DNA from: Squalus acanthias
Taxonomy: Eukaryota
DNA: 64,000 nt
Reading direction: 5' to 3'
Assembly: GCA_030390025.1 (NCBI GenBank)
Contig: CM059433.1
Coordinates: forward strand, 682,001 to 746,000
A model generated the notes under the pieces. The model worked only from the letters and a program-made list of their open reading frames with translations. It did not search any database and was not told where the DNA came from. Positions within the stretch are counted from its first letter, which is position 1. Each line of letters opens with the position of its first letter. This document shows positions 61,920-64,000 of this stretch, one piece after another. The translations under genes and the position numbers were made by a program.

Positions 61920-62386
61920 GGCCTAGAAATTCGGGGTTTAGCGCCGGCCATTAAGGTCCATTTTGATTCCGGCGGGTCCCATGGCGGCCGCCATTTTCGG
62001 CAAGTCGGCAGTGCTGCCGCTGCCAGAGCTCGCTAGAGAAATGGAAACGAGGCAGATCGTGACGTCAATGAGTGTACAACACTCATTTGGTGCCTGATCT
62101 GCCATTTTCGATGTCGCCACTCCACTTACCGCCCTCTCTTAATCACGACCAACTGACCAAGCATTCAGCAGCAGGAAGGAGCCCCCAGCAGTGCCATTGA
62201 AAGGGACCATCATCAAATACTTGCAGCTGACGGTTTCTCAGTTTGATTGGCGCTGTCTAAGTTTCTGCAACTCTTGCAGCTTTCTAAATTGTTTAAAGTT
62301 GCTGAGGTCACAAGGAGTGTTGGTGCAAGTGAAGAATGCCTTCATGCTCATTTAAAGACTTCTGCTCACACCACTTGCTCACAGTC

Positions 62387-63414
62387 ATGGGGGCTCTACT
62401 TGCAGTCCCCCTCGCGCTCGAGTATCTTCGGGAGAGGGAGGGAAGGCAGCGAAGAGGAGGAGAACATGCTCACAGAGGGAGGAGGAGAAGGGCCAGGAGG
62501 ACTCTCAACAGGAGGCCATACTCACCTTTGTCTTCAGCGAGCACTTCTCCTACCTTCAATTAAGAGAGGAGCAGTGTATTAGGAGGCTCTGCTTTACCAA
62601 GGAGGTGGTTACAGAACTCTGCCACCTCCTGCAACCAGACCTGCAGCCTGAGAGCAGGGCATGACGGCTCTCCCAGTGGCCCTCAAGGTCACCGTGGCCC
62701 TCAATTTCTTCGCCAGCGGATCCTTCCAGTCTGCAGCAGGAAACATATCTAACATCTCCCAGTTCGCCGTCCGTCGCTGCATCCGGGAGATCACAGAGGC
62801 TCTCTACTCCAGGAGAAGGGACTTCATTGTCTTCTCTCTGAACAGAGAGAAGTAGGATGAGCACGCATGTGGCTTTGCCAGGATATCAGGCTTCCCCATG
62901 GTGCAGGGGGCCATCGACTGCACACACGTGGCTTTGCGGGCAATGCATAACAATCCTAAGATGTTCCGTAACTGCAAAGGCTACCACTCACTTAATGTGC
63001 AGTTGTTGTGCGATCACGCCCAGCGCATCATGATGGTGAATGCCTGTTATCCTGGCAGCAGTCCTGATGCCTTCATCCTGCACCAGTCCGGTGTGCCAGC
63101 AATCTTCCAGCCACCACAGCAAACCCGAGGTTGGTTGCTCGGAGACCAGGGCTATCCGCTCTGCACCTGGCTAATGACTCCCCTCCACAACCCCACCACT
63201 CATGGCCAGCACTCATATAAAGACAGCCATGCTGCCACAAGAACATCATCGAGCAGACCATCGCTCAGGAGGAGCCCTCCAATACATGCCGGATCAGGTG
63301 TCCCATTTCGTCGTGGTCTGCTGCATGCTCCACAACTTGGCCATCATGAGGGCACAGCTCTTGCCACCAAGGACTGCGGGACCACCTCAGGGGGAGAAGG
63401 AGGGAGAGGAGGAG

Positions 63415-63446
<32 letters not shown>

Positions 63447-63594
63447 AGAGGAAGAGGAAGAGGAAGAAGAGGAAGATGAGGAGGAGGAGGAGGAGGAAGA
63501 GGAAGAGGAAGAGGAGGGAGGGAGGAGGCAGGCAGCAAATCCCCATTCCGGACGGGTTGTCCGTGAACGCCTCAACAGACTCTGATTCCAGTGA
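62387..63594 (+). pseudogene. Harbinger transposase with stops and frameshifts
   Basis: [46 protein letters not shown] near 62853. Confidence 0.9.
63400..63522 (+). repeat. (GAG/GAA)n trinucleotide run encoding a poly-Glu tract
   Basis: Direct reading; falls in the acidic tail of the transposase. Confidence 0.95.
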
Positions 63595-64000
63595 ATGAAA
63601 CCCCAGACTCCCGTTGCTCACCACATCCCCATCATACCACCCCTCTGTCACGGAACATCACAGCATCCTCTGGGGCACAAAGCTGAAATGAGAGAAACCA
63701 CGAAACACACATTCCAAACAAAAATCATACATTTATCTGAATCTAATCAAAATTACAATCAGCTCATCACCCGTGTGCATTCCCTTAGTGTCTGTCGTCC
63801 ATGTGCCTTTACCTACTCTAGTGCTCCTGCGCGGTTCTCCCCAGTGGCTGCACCATGGCTGGTGGAAGGCTGCTGACTTTCAGTGGGAGAGACCTCAGAT
63901 GGCCTTGCACGACAACCTCGACCAGCTGTGGACCTAGAAGGCCCGGCTGTAGACTGCACCAGCTTGGCATGGGCGGCAGCAGTCTGAGCTGGCTGGCTGA

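Larger units (their letters stand above)
61920..64000. mobile_element. PIF/Harbinger transposon running off the window
   Basis: Left end GGCCTAGAAATTC; transposase on +; 63765-64000 matches the Myb 3' end at 31805-32045. Confidence 0.88.

Overview
Eukaryotic, repeat-saturated window with no recognisable host protein-coding gene. The repeat complement suggests a cartilaginous fish (inference): CR1 LINEs with (CATAGAAA/CATAAGAA)n tails, L2, an RTEX-like LINE, Deu-domain and LF-like SINEs, and Penelope elements. Main contents: (1) a complete, young 4.5-kb Ty3/Gypsy element (identical 215-bp LTRs, 5-bp TSD). Its primer-binding position is a perfect 13-nt reverse complement of its own LTR rather than a tRNA match, and its RT motif is YLDN. 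(2) A 1,599-bp TG..CA solo LTR with a 4-bp TSD. (3) A dense cluster of PIF/Harbinger elements with transposase and Myb/SANT genes, plus MITEs. One derivative lacks transposase but keeps an intact spliced Myb/SANT ORF; one full element has an intact 500-aa Myb gene beside a dead transposase. (4) Penelope elements and remnants with minimal hammerhead-ribozyme motifs. (5) Many nested insertions. All calls come from reading motifs by eye; no searches were run, and the boundaries of old repeats are approximate.
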